This document shows, in pieces, positions 48,208 through 58,400 of a stretch of DNA of 64,000 bases. Location: positions 37,580 through 101,579 of the IMG/VR virus record IMGVR_UViG_3300022925_002539, one strand, 5' to 3'. The DNA is from a virus. The notes beneath the pieces are model-generated. The model saw only the letters and a list, made by a program, of their open reading frames with translations. It did no database searches and had not been told where the DNA came from. The position numbers and the translations under genes were made by a program. Numbering within the stretch: position 1 is the first letter of the stretch; the number at the start of each line of letters is the position of its first letter.

Positions 48208-49065
48208 ATGATTCCAGTAATTGATTTTGAAAGCGAAACAGTACTGGACGAAATACGCGAAGCCTATACAACTGTGGGCTTCGCAGTATTCAAAAACTGT
48301 TTAACAGTACGTGACCAGCAAACAATGAGATACTGGTTTAAAAAAATGAAAAAGTTTTTTGAACTAGAACTAGAAGAAAAACAAAAATACAAATACCAAA
48401 CTGAAAACAATTTAGGATACAGTATTATGGGTGCAGAAAATGTAGATCCAACTGCTCCTAAAGACATGAAAGAAAGTTTCAATTATAATAATACACGTAT
48501 GCCTGCAGAACTTTGGCCTGAACTAAGCGGGTTCAAAAAAACTGCATTAGAATCCATAGATATAATGGATAATCTTACATTAGACATTCTAGAAAAATTT
48601 GACACAATATTAGATTGTGGTACTACACTTGTTGATGCACATCAAGATATGTATAATACTACAAGAGTTATTCACTATCCTGCTTATACAGGTCCACTTG
48701 AGGACAAACAAATGAGGATAGGTGAACATAGTGACTACGGCACCATTACATTACTCTGGCAGATAAATGATGTGCCAGGACTAGAAGTACAGGACTTAGG
48801 AGGTGTTTGGCATCCAGTACCATATCAAGAAGATGGTGTCGTAGTTAACATTGGTGATTTATTACAACGTTGGACTAATGACTATTTTGTCAGTACGAAA
48901 CATAGAGTAATAAATACTCATATACACATACCAAGATACAGTATGCCACATTTTGTTGACCCTACTCCAGGGACTATAGTAGCAAACTTAACAGACAATC
49001 CAAGTAAGTATGATCCTATCGAAAGTAAAGAATACTTGATGTGGCGGTTAGCACAAAGTTATTAA
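48208..49065 (+). CDS. isopenicillin N synthase-family 2OG-Fe(II) dioxygenase
   Basis: IPVIDF, DMKESF, HYP, HSDYGTITLL, NIGDLLQRWTND..STKHRV, RYS. Confidence 0.92.
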   Translation: MIPVIDFESETVLDEIREAYTTVGFAVFKNCLTVRDQQTMRYWFKKMKKFFELELEEKQKYKYQTENNLGYSIMGAENVDPTAPKDMKESFNYNNTRMPAELWPELSGFKKTALESIDIMDNLTLDILEKFDTILDCGTTLVDAHQDMYNTTRVIHYPAYTGPLEDKQMRIGEHSDYGTITLLWQINDVPGLEVQDLGGVWHPVPYQEDGVVVNIGDLLQRWTNDYFVSTKHRVINTHIHIPRYSMPHFVDPTPGTIVANLTDNPSKYDPIESKEYLMWRLAQSY

Positions 49066-49078
49066 TAAAAGGTAAAAT

Positions 49079-50011
49079 ATGAAAATATTACTTACAGGTA
49101 GCAGTGGCTTTATAGGCCAGGCTATGACTAAAAGATTAGAGAAAGTATATGATGTTCATCATTTATCTAGTGATCTTACACACCATAATGCAGTTAAGCA
49201 CGAAGTATTAAAAGCAAATCCTGATATTATCGTACACTTAGCGGCTAGAACTGAAGTTGAAAAAAGTTTTTATGAACAAATTACTTTTAGTGAAATTAAC
49301 TACGTAGGTACAGTTAATTTAATAGAAACTGCATTGCAATTACCAAAATTAAAAAACTTTGTTTTTGCAAGTACAATGGAAGTGTTTGGTTGGCAACCTA
49401 TAAGTGACGAAATAAAAAATAACTTGATACCACAAAAATTAATTGCTTTTGACGAACATACACAAGTACATCCAAGTGCTCCTTATGCAGTAGCAAAAAG
49501 AGGATGTGAATTATATTTAGAGTATGCACATAGAAGTTTAGGATTACCTTTTACAGCAATAAGACAGACAAATGCATATGGAAGACACGACAATGACTTC
49601 TTTGTAACTGAACAAATAATAAATCAAATGTTGCATAATGAAAATGAGATTAAACTAGGATACGGAGAACCCTATCGTAATTTTATTTACATTGAAGATC
49701 TACTTGATGCTTGGATGGCTATAATTGAAAATCCTAGTAAAGTAAGCAACGGAAGAATCCTGACTGTAGGACCAGACAATGCAATTAAGATAAAAGATTA
49801 TGTTAAAAAAATTGCTGATAAAATGGGCTGGAACGGAAAAGTTTTATGGAATACAAAACCTGAAAGACCAGGAGAAATATATTTGTTGAATAGCAATCAC
49901 AATTTAATTACAGAATTGCTAGGATGGAAGCCTAAAATATCATTAGATGAAGGGTTAGAGAATACAATTAATATTTGGGAATATATGCACAAGGAGGGTT
50001 TACATGTCTAA
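49079..50011 (+). CDS. NAD-dependent sugar epimerase/dehydratase
   Basis: TGSSGFIG, HLAA, AST.EV, YAVAK, RNFIYIED. Confidence 0.93.
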   Translation: MKILLTGSSGFIGQAMTKRLEKVYDVHHLSSDLTHHNAVKHEVLKANPDIIVHLAARTEVEKSFYEQITFSEINYVGTVNLIETALQLPKLKNFVFASTMEVFGWQPISDEIKNNLIPQKLIAFDEHTQVHPSAPYAVAKRGCELYLEYAHRSLGLPFTAIRQTNAYGRHDNDFFVTEQIINQMLHNENEIKLGYGEPYRNFIYIEDLLDAWMAIIENPSKVSNGRILTVGPDNAIKIKDYVKKIADKMGWNGKVLWNTKPERPGEIYLLNSNHNLITELLGWKPKISLDEGLENTINIWEYMHKEGLHV

Positions 50012-51149
50012 TCTTAGTGATATACACAAACATTGGGATAACAATACATTAAATTATGATTTAAAAAAATTCAATTGGCCAGAATGGGCATTAAGTGTAA
50101 TACAAGAAGTAGCACCAAGTGTAAAAGAATTAGAAACACTTCACGAAGTATTGACACCTAGCGAAATAGTAAAAGTTTCAAAACATGTACAAAATTCATG
50201 TAGTAGAATAGATTTTATGCAAAGATTTGATGCTTTTGTTGCTGAATATATACCTCCTTTAATTAATAACAAAAGATATATGATACAAAGACAAGGCACA
50301 CTACGTGTGGTTATACCTAATCAAGAAGAAGTTGGTAGACGTTTACAAATGCACCAAGGTATATTCGTTGGCAACGGAAGAGGTTGTAGAACTATATGGA
50401 CTCCTTTTACTGAAGCACGTGGTACAAATACAATGCAAATTTTACCTTTAGAAGAAAGTAGAGAAATAACAAAACGTGTACTTGAAGAAAAATGGGATTT
50501 AGATAAGTTTGAAGAAGAATGTTACAAACACGCATTTCCTGTTACTTTGAAGCCTGGTCAAAGTCATTTATTCTTTCAAGAGCATTTACATGGTAATTTA
50601 AATAATACAGAAGGTTATACAAGAGTAAGTATGGACATGCGTATCCTGATAGAGGGCGAAGAATACGGAAGAAGAAATCCAGGAGGATTTATGCGTTTTC
50701 CAGGTGATTATGAAGTGGCACAAACGTATGATTATACAAATAAACAGTTTATTACTTATGCTGGGTGGAATAGTGAGTTTACTAAAAATATTACATTACC
50801 TATGCAACGTGCAACTATTGATCAGTATTGTGAAAACAATAACATAAGATACAATAATTATGAATTTGAAAATGAACACATGGATTGGCAACCTAGTTTA
50901 GAGTATTTTATTAAACAAAAACCAGACGGAATTATTTTATGTAGTATGTATGCATTAACTGATGACACACAAAGACGTAATGAAATACTTAACATAGCCT
51001 TAGATAATAATGTAGAATTGCATTTTGCTAATGAACTTATAGCACTAAGAACAAAAGATGATTTAAACAAAATAAAAGACTATCTAGACTTTGCAGTTTA
51101 TCAAAAAGGCCCACAAGTATGGCAAGAGAATTGGCCTGAAGGAACCTAA
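50004..51149 (+). CDS. two-domain protein: StrG-like/2OG-Fe(II) oxygenase fused to a 'sporadic carbohydrate cluster'-like domain
   Basis: N-terminal Q..TLRV..P...H...IWTPFT...HGN.NN....RVSMDMR; C-terminal QR..I..YC...E...DGIILCSMYAL...ELHFANE. Confidence 0.6.
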   Translation: MSNLSDIHKHWDNNTLNYDLKKFNWPEWALSVIQEVAPSVKELETLHEVLTPSEIVKVSKHVQNSCSRIDFMQRFDAFVAEYIPPLINNKRYMIQRQGTLRVVIPNQEEVGRRLQMHQGIFVGNGRGCRTIWTPFTEARGTNTMQILPLEESREITKRVLEEKWDLDKFEEECYKHAFPVTLKPGQSHLFFQEHLHGNLNNTEGYTRVSMDMRILIEGEEYGRRNPGGFMRFPGDYEVAQTYDYTNKQFITYAGWNSEFTKNITLPMQRATIDQYCENNNIRYNNYEFENEHMDWQPSLEYFIKQKPDGIILCSMYALTDDTQRRNEILNIALDNNVELHFANELIALRTKDDLNKIKDYLDFAVYQKGPQVWQENWPEGT

Positions 51150-51152
51150 CTT

Positions 51153-52181
51153 GTGTATGAAGATTTAAGCAACTATCTATGCGGTGTTACAAGTCTACCA
51201 GTATTACCTAGTGCAATTGACATAGATTTAACAAATGTGTGTAATCAAGATTGTTTTTATTGTAATAGTGCAAACTTTAGAGCAAAATTCTTAACAACAC
51301 CGAATAAAGATAAATTTATTAAACTAATAGATCAATTAAGCACGTGGCGTGAACATACACCTCTTAGTGTAGGTACTGTAAGAAGCATAAACTTTACAGG
51401 AGGAGGTGAGCCAACTGTTCATCCTTATTATCATGAATTAGTAGAATATGCAATTGATAAAGGTTTTTTAGTTACTATTATAACAAATGGTAGTAAATTA
51501 CATAAACTTGCAAACTACTTACCAAGAGAAAAAGCAAATAAAATAATTTGGATTGGCGTAGATGTAGATAGTGGTATAGACAAAACTTATGAAGAAATAA
51601 GGCAAAGTTTAACTACTTATGATTTATTACCACGTGTAAAAGAAAATATTAAATTAGCAGTTGATGCAGGAATTAATGTAGATTTAAAAGCATTACTTAT
51701 GGAGCAAAATACAACCGATCAAGAACTATACGGATTGTTTAACCTAGTGAAAGAAACAGGTGCAAGAAGTTTACACATAAGGCCTTTGTTCGATTTAAAA
51801 ACAAAAAAGTTATTTGAAGTTACTGACAAGCTCAAAGAGAAAATACACAAAATATCTATTGAAACAAATGTTAAATATAGGTTACCTGAAAATAGAAAAG
51901 AACCCAGAACATATACTAAATGTCATCAAATGTTCTTATATACTATTATGGCGGCAAATGGAGACATTAATGTTTGTTGTGAAAGTAGAGGAGACAGAAC
52001 TTTTACAATAGGCAACTGGATGACTGAAGACATTAGAGATATATGGATGAAAGACAAACATCTTGAACTTTACAATAGTATAGACACTATGAAATGTGCT
52101 CCATGTAAACCTAACAAAATTAACAACATTATACAAACAGATATAGAAAATAATCAACTGCTTGAAAGGCAAATAATGTGA
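51153..52181 (+). CDS. radical SAM/SPASM protein
   Basis: CNQDCFYC, TGGGEPT, ITNG, C..GDINVCC..IGN..CAPC. Confidence 0.9.
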   Translation: MYEDLSNYLCGVTSLPVLPSAIDIDLTNVCNQDCFYCNSANFRAKFLTTPNKDKFIKLIDQLSTWREHTPLSVGTVRSINFTGGGEPTVHPYYHELVEYAIDKGFLVTIITNGSKLHKLANYLPREKANKIIWIGVDVDSGIDKTYEEIRQSLTTYDLLPRVKENIKLAVDAGINVDLKALLMEQNTTDQELYGLFNLVKETGARSLHIRPLFDLKTKKLFEVTDKLKEKIHKISIETNVKYRLPENRKEPRTYTKCHQMFLYTIMAANGDINVCCESRGDRTFTIGNWMTEDIRDIWMKDKHLELYNSIDTMKCAPCKPNKINNIIQTDIENNQLLERQIM

Positions 52182-53128
52182 TTGTATCACGTAGTCCATT
52201 ACGTATAAGTTTTGCTGGAGGCGGTACTGATTTGCCTCCCTTTGTAGACCAATATGGTGGTGCAGTTTTAAATGTAACAATTAACAGATATGCTTATTGC
52301 TCAGTCAAAGAATCTATATCTCATATATCTAATGTAGACGAAATAACTGATCATTGCTTATATTTTGTTAAAAGCAAATATAATAAAGATACAACACCTG
52401 TAGAAATTACAATACACAGTGAAACAGAAAAAGGCAGTGGTCTTGGAAGTAGTAGTGCGATAGTAGTAAGTTGCCTTAATGCATTATACAAATATTATAA
52501 TATTATAGTTGACAAATACCAACTAGCAAATGATGCATTGTATGTAGAAAGAAAACTTTGTGGATTTCCAGGAGGCAAACAAGATCAATTTGCAACTGTG
52601 TTTGGCGGATTTAATTATATAAGATTTTTACCTAGTGGAGATAATATTGTTACTCCTATTTCTATGAATCAAGAAAATACTAGGAAATTACTTTATAGTC
52701 TAATACTTTATAATATAGGCGTTAGTAGGACTAATAACACAGTTTTAGATAATAACATACAAGGTCTAACAAACGACAATAAAATTATAGATAATACAAA
52801 ATACTTATTAGCAAATTGCGAAGAAACAAGAAACAACCTACTTCGTTGTGATATAGATGCAATTGCAAAGAGTTTTGAAATAAATTGGCAAATTAAAAAA
52901 GATTTACATAGTGGAATAACAAGTAATCCTTTTGATGAGGTAAAATCTATAGGTATGCAACATGGAGCAATAGGTGCAAAAATATGTGGTGCTGGCGGTG
53001 GCGGCCATTTGTTATTTTTAGTAGATCAAAACAGACGAGCAGACTTAATAGATAAATTAGAGGATTTGCCTGGACATGTAGAATATTTTGATTTTAGTTA
53101 CACAGGATCAGAAGTATGGACACAATAG
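52178..53128 (+). CDS. GHMP sugar kinase (HddA-like heptose-7-phosphate kinase)
   Basis: PLRISFAGGGTD, GSGLGSSS, GKQDQ..GGFN, GAKICGAGGGG. Confidence 0.9.
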   Translation: MIVSRSPLRISFAGGGTDLPPFVDQYGGAVLNVTINRYAYCSVKESISHISNVDEITDHCLYFVKSKYNKDTTPVEITIHSETEKGSGLGSSSAIVVSCLNALYKYYNIIVDKYQLANDALYVERKLCGFPGGKQDQFATVFGGFNYIRFLPSGDNIVTPISMNQENTRKLLYSLILYNIGVSRTNNTVLDNNIQGLTNDNKIIDNTKYLLANCEETRNNLLRCDIDAIAKSFEINWQIKKDLHSGITSNPFDEVKSIGMQHGAIGAKICGAGGGGHLLFLVDQNRRADLIDKLEDLPGHVEYFDFSYTGSEVWTQ

Positions 53129-53466
53129 AAGAACATCCTAAAGGTTGGGGTAGAGAACTATGGATTGTGAATAATAAAGGATATTGCGGTAAAATATTAG
53201 AATTCAATAGAAACAAAAGATGCAGTTTTCATTATCACTTACTAAAAGACGAGACTTTTTACTTACAAGAAGGACTTATTGAACTTGTAACAAGTTGGGA
53301 AGATGATATTGAATCAGCAAAGAGCATTGTATTAAAACCTGGAGATAAACATCATATACCTCAAGGACTAAGACATCAAATGATTGCTTTAGAAGATAGC
53401 AAGTTATTTGAATTTAGTACAACACATTATGAATCAGACAGTTATAGAATAGTAAAAGGCGATTAA
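53116..53466 (+). CDS. cupin (mannose-6-phosphate isomerase-like)
   Basis: KGWGRE.W, SFHYH..KDETF, H.M..EFST. Confidence 0.85.
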   Translation: MDTIEEHPKGWGRELWIVNNKGYCGKILEFNRNKRCSFHYHLLKDETFYLQEGLIELVTSWEDDIESAKSIVLKPGDKHHIPQGLRHQMIALEDSKLFEFSTTHYESDSYRIVKGD

Positions 53467-53467
53467 A

Positions 53468-53848
53468 ATGGATTTATTTCAAGAATATGATTATGTAGGA
53501 CATGCAGGCGGTAAACTTACATGGAAAATAGAGTGTGATGCATTAAGCAATGCTGAATGGGAAGTTCTTGCAAACTTAATATTACACTATGAACGCAGAC
53601 CTTTTAGAGTTGCAGTTGGTATTCCAACAGGTGCTACACTATTAGGTGATATACTTAACAAACATGCAACAGGTCAACCACAACATCCTGTGCTTGTAGT
53701 TGACGATGTATATACTACAGGAACTAGTTTTAAAGAATTTAAAGAAGCAAACTACAAAGATGAACATGTAATACAATGGGTATGCTTTGCACGTAAACCA
53801 ACCACACATGATGTAAATGCACTTTTTACTATGCCTGCAGAGGTTTAA
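53468..53848 (+). CDS. small phosphoribosyltransferase (orotate PRT-like)
   Basis: GIPTG, VVDDVYTTGTS PRPP motif. Confidence 0.8.
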   Translation: MDLFQEYDYVGHAGGKLTWKIECDALSNAEWEVLANLILHYERRPFRVAVGIPTGATLLGDILNKHATGQPQHPVLVVDDVYTTGTSFKEFKEANYKDEHVIQWVCFARKPTTHDVNALFTMPAEV

Positions 53849-54250
53849 ATGATAGAAGATTTTGATTACGATAGAGCAGACTATCCTACGAGCAAGGTTG
53901 CAGATGTGTTTCCGTTTGAACTGAGTGAAAATTTAGGACACACATGGATTATTGATGTTGATGGTACAATAGCAGAAGTTAACCAATACCCATATGACGA
54001 TGATAAACTCTTACCTGGTGTAAAAGAAATGTGGAACAATATTCCTAGTGAAGACATGATTATAATAATGACTGCTCGTGAAGAATCTGTCAAAGAAAAA
54101 ACCTTAACATTTATAGAAAGTCATGGATTACGTTATGATAGTGCAGTTTTTGGTGTTCATCATGGCGAAAGAATTGTTGTAAACGACAACAAACCAGGCG
54201 GATTACAGACTGCAATTGCATGGAATGTAAAAAGAAATAAGGGGTATTAA
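53849..54250 (+). CDS. HAD-family phosphatase
   Basis: IDVDGT, MTAR, VND. Confidence 0.8.
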   Translation: MIEDFDYDRADYPTSKVADVFPFELSENLGHTWIIDVDGTIAEVNQYPYDDDKLLPGVKEMWNNIPSEDMIIIMTAREESVKEKTLTFIESHGLRYDSAVFGVHHGERIVVNDNKPGGLQTAIAWNVKRNKGY

Positions 54251-54251
54251 T

Positions 54252-54440
54252 ATGGAAAATAATAATATAGAAAAAATACTTGATAAACTAGAAATAATTC
54301 AATTACGTCTAGATAAAGTAGAACTCCAACAAAAGGAATTACTCAATAAATTTGGAGCTCATATAGATTTTATAAATGAAACATATGAAGGGTTACGTAA
54401 TCCTATCCAAGCAGCAAAAAGACTTTTAGGTAAAAAATGA
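54252..54440 (+). CDS. small coiled-coil hypothetical protein
   Basis: 62-aa ORF with GGGG SD. Confidence 0.6.
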   Translation: MENNNIEKILDKLEIIQLRLDKVELQQKELLNKFGAHIDFINETYEGLRNPIQAAKRLLGKK

Positions 54441-54961
54441 TTAAAGAATACATAAAGAGTTACAAAGACTTTCCTGTAAAAGGGGTAGATTTTAAATGTA
54501 CTGCTAGTTTGTGTGCAAGCGAAAAAGGGTTTGCTAGAACAAACAACTTTATATATCAAAATTTACTAAAGTATATGCCTGTAGATAAGATTATAGGATT
54601 AGATGCAAGGGGTTTTATATTTGCAAGTGTGCTATGTCATAGAACTAGAACACCTTTAGTATTAGCTCGTAAACAAGGCAAGCTACCAGGAAGTTTAATT
54701 AGTAAAACATTTGAATTAGAGTATGGCACTGCTACAATGGAAATACAAAGCGATAGTATTAATAGAGGCGACAGAGTTATAATTATAGATGACTTAATGG
54801 CAACAGGTGGCACTGCTCAGGCAGTAATAGATATGGTATATGAGTTGCATGCCACGCCTGTAGCAGTTGCATGTGCAATGGATCTAAGTTTTTTAGGCGG
54901 AAGTAAGAAAATTCGAGAACAAGGAATAGATTTTTATGGAGCAGTCGAGTACCAAGGATAG
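54437..54961 (+). CDS. apt: adenine phosphoribosyltransferase
   Basis: DFPVKGVDF, GLDARGF, RKQGKLPG, LEYG, IIDDLMATGGT. Confidence 0.92.
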   Translation: MIKEYIKSYKDFPVKGVDFKCTASLCASEKGFARTNNFIYQNLLKYMPVDKIIGLDARGFIFASVLCHRTRTPLVLARKQGKLPGSLISKTFELEYGTATMEIQSDSINRGDRVIIIDDLMATGGTAQAVIDMVYELHATPVAVACAMDLSFLGGSKKIREQGIDFYGAVEYQG

Positions 54962-55223
54962 AACATTAATTTTTGAACGTGCAAACGGCATTACATATGC
55001 AAGATATGCTAATGATCCAAGCACTTCTAGATGGCCAGTAGGTGGAAATACAAAAGGTTGGATACCAGGTACACAAATACAATGTCCAAAAGAATGGTAT
55101 GAATTTAATGATGTTAGACCTAACTTTGCTTTAATTGTAAAAAATAAAAAATTGCAAGATGCATACAAAAAATTCCTACAAGAACAAGAAAAGTATATAG
55201 TATGGGAGAGTTTACGTGACTAA
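54936..55223 (+). CDS. hypothetical protein
   Basis: LIFER..G.TYAR pattern. Confidence 0.6.
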   Translation: MEQSSTKDRTLIFERANGITYARYANDPSTSRWPVGGNTKGWIPGTQIQCPKEWYEFNDVRPNFALIVKNKKLQDAYKKFLQEQEKYIVWESLRD

Positions 55224-55404
55224 CGACTGGACACTAGGCACAATAGACATGCACGGTAATCCTATTTTTGAAAAAGTAAGAAGTGTAAAAGAAGACTTAC
55301 GTGAACAAGAATTACGAGAAAAACATCCAGATCTGAAAAAAGCATATGAAGATTATCAAACTTTACTTGAAAAGTACGGGTTCTGGGATGATATTACAAA
55401 ATAG
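55216..55404 (+). CDS. small hypothetical protein
   Basis: GTG start after GGGAG; LREKHPDLKKAYEDY. Confidence 0.6.
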   Translation: MTNDWTLGTIDMHGNPIFEKVRSVKEDLREQELREKHPDLKKAYEDYQTLLEKYGFWDDITK

Positions 55405-55405
55405 G

Positions 55406-55433
55406 TTGACACATATTTAATACATGTTAATAT
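55406..55433 (+). promoter_or_regulatory. sigma70-like promoter
   Basis: TTGACA-16 nt-TAATAT with extended TG. Confidence 0.6.
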
Positions 55434-55467
55434 AAGTTATTGTTTAATTGTAAGGTAGGAGTTACAT

Positions 55468-58400
55468 ATGAAAACAAAAGCATTAACAGGGTTAGCATTA
55501 GTCACTGCACTTTCTGCATGTGGAGGCGGTGGCGGCGGTGGAGGAACAAGTTTCACTCCAATCAAAGTAAGCGATTTAGGCAGTATTAACACTGCCGCCA
55601 TTAGTAACGGATTTGCAAGTGCTATACAAAAGATAGCAGGAGATGGATTAGTAGATGCTAAAGAAAGTTTAGAAATCTTTAAATGGGTAGATACTAACGA
55701 AAATATCAACACTACAGAATTAGCAAAATATAATGTTACTGTAAATGGCACAAAGATGTCTTTACAACGAGCATGGTTTATGCTGAAAGGCTACAAAGCA
55801 CTTTACTATGATGGTAAAGAAACCTTTTGGGAAAATATGATTGAAAATGAGCAGTATGATGATACTGATAGTACTTTTGTAGAACTTAAGGCACTTGCAG
55901 AAAAAGACGATCCTGATTATGCTGAAAAGATTGGTAAAGGTACAAAATCTGTAGAAGAATTCAAAAAGGAAAAAAGTGTTGTAACCCTAGTCAGTACATC
56001 AACAAGTACTATTACCACAGATAGTGATCCAGTTGTTGGTGAACCTACTGTAACTACTACATATGTTGATAGTAGTGCAGATACATTATTAGATGATGGC
56101 AGAACTAAAACTGAAGTCACTAGAACTTATACACATACTAGTAAAACTCCTAGTACAATAACTACCACTACTTATACATTGTATACCTATACTTATAGCA
56201 ATGGTACTACAAATGAAGTAAAAGGACCTGAAACGAAAACCCCTAACACAACTTATACAACTACAATAAGTACAGAAGAAAAAATAATAAGCACTAGTTA
56301 CACAGAACCAGCAGTTGTAGAAACTGATAGATCAGAAAGTTTTGATGTTAGTACAAAAGAAGAAACTAAAATTGTAGTGAGTGATCCTGTAGTTACTACT
56401 ACATATAGTGATGCAGAGGATAGTGGTGTTGCACAGGATAATGGTGATACATTATACACTACTACAAGAACATACACAGATAAATCGGTTGTTACTACTA
56501 CAACTACTATAACAAAAACAGAAACAAGTATTAGAAAAGTTACTATAAAATATAGTGATGGCACAACAGAAGTTGTTACTGACGATCCAGTAATAACTGT
56601 AACTCCTGTTACTACTAGTGAAGATACTGTAACAACAAGTACTAGAACAGAATTATTAAGCACTAGAACAGAGTCTGGTGTTATAGAAAGTGAATCTATA
56701 GTATATAGTGTTTCTTCTTATGAGGAAGATCCTGTTGTTATTGTTAATGATCCAGTCGTTACTACAACATACGTAGACACAGAAGATGCTGGTGTATTAC
56801 AGGATAATGGTGATAAGTTATTTACAACTACAAGAACTTATACAGACACAAGTACAACAAAAACTGAAACAACAATAACAACTGTACAAACAAGTATACC
56901 TACTAAAACTATTAAGTTTACAAATGGAAAAATTAAAAAAGTTGTAGGTGATCCAATAATAACAAAAAGTTCAGAAACAACAGTAAGTATAAGTGATCCA
57001 GTCATTACTACAAGAACAGAAGTGTTATCTACTAGGACTGTAGAAAAGTCAATTACAAAAACTACTGAAGAAAAAATAAAGACTGTTAGTGATCCTGTAA
57101 TAGGAGATTCTATTACTACATCTACATATGTAGATAATACTGAAGAAACTAATTTAGATGATGGTCGAACTAAAATTGTAGTTACACGAACTTACACTTA
57201 TACAACTAAGGTTCCTAGTACAATTACTACTACAGAATACATAAAATATACTAACACATATAGCGATGGTAGTGTAGTAATAGTAGATGGACCAAAGACA
57301 GTTACGCCTGTTACTACGTACACAGAATCAAGTAGTACAGAAGATAAGGTTATTAGTACTAGTTATATTGAAGCGACTGTAATAGATACTGTAGAAACAT
57401 ATGACATCAGCACTAGCAAAGACACAACTAGTATAGACGGTGATCCTGTAGTTACTACAACATACGTAGATGAAGAAGATGCTGGTGTATTACAGGATAA
57501 TGGTGACACCATATTTACTACTACAAGGACATACACAGATAAAACAACAGTTACTACTAGTACAACTATTACTACTACAGAAACTAGTGTGAAGACTACT
57601 GTAATAAAATATGCAAATGGTGCAACAAAAACAGTAATAGATGACCCAGTAATTACTGTGACACCTGTCACTACAACTAAAGATACTGTAACTACAAGCA
57701 CTAGAACAGAAGTAATTAGTACTAGAACAGTAGAAGCAGTTGTTGAACCTAGTGAGCCTACAGTAATTAGTACAAATACTTTTGTAGATAATTTAGTTTA
57801 TAGTCATTTAGATAAAACATATGGACCTGAAACTACAACTTCAGAAGACATAGTTACTTACAGTGGCAGTATAAAAACTACAACTAGACGTACTACTACT
57901 TGTATTGTAGAATATCATGAACATTTTGATAAACGTGAAACTATTACAAGGACAAAATACAGTGATGGCACACAAAAAGATGTTGTGGATAGCACAGAGT
58001 ATTTTACAAGAGGAAAAGTAAACAAAGGCGAAACTTGTAACAGTGAAGATACAGTTATAAGTGTTGAGAATACTGATGACGGTGTAATAGGTGATGACCA
58101 TGCTGATATGGGAACTAGAACACCTGGATACAACAGTGATGCAAGTTCATATATTACAGATGAATTCAATTACATTAACAACAAACAACTCAGTGCTAGT
58201 AACTTTAATGTTGCATATAGTAGAGGTTGGACTGGTAAAGGTAGTTTAGTCACTATTGCAGATACTGGTGCTAATGTAAATCATACAGATTTAGATGATA
58301 ATATAAAATATACTATAGATTATTCAGACACAAACGTAAGTGATAGTAGTTCGCACGGTACACACGTTGCAGGTATCGCTGGTGCAGAGAAGAACAGTTC

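Noticed and set aside
55522-55545. Gly8 tract as a phase-variable repeat
   Set aside because: It is encoded by mixed GGA/GGC/GGT codons, typical of a lipoprotein linker.
55980-57740. Repeats as diversity-generating retroelement template/variable regions
   Set aside because: They are in-frame degenerate protein repeats and no reverse transcriptase is present in the window.
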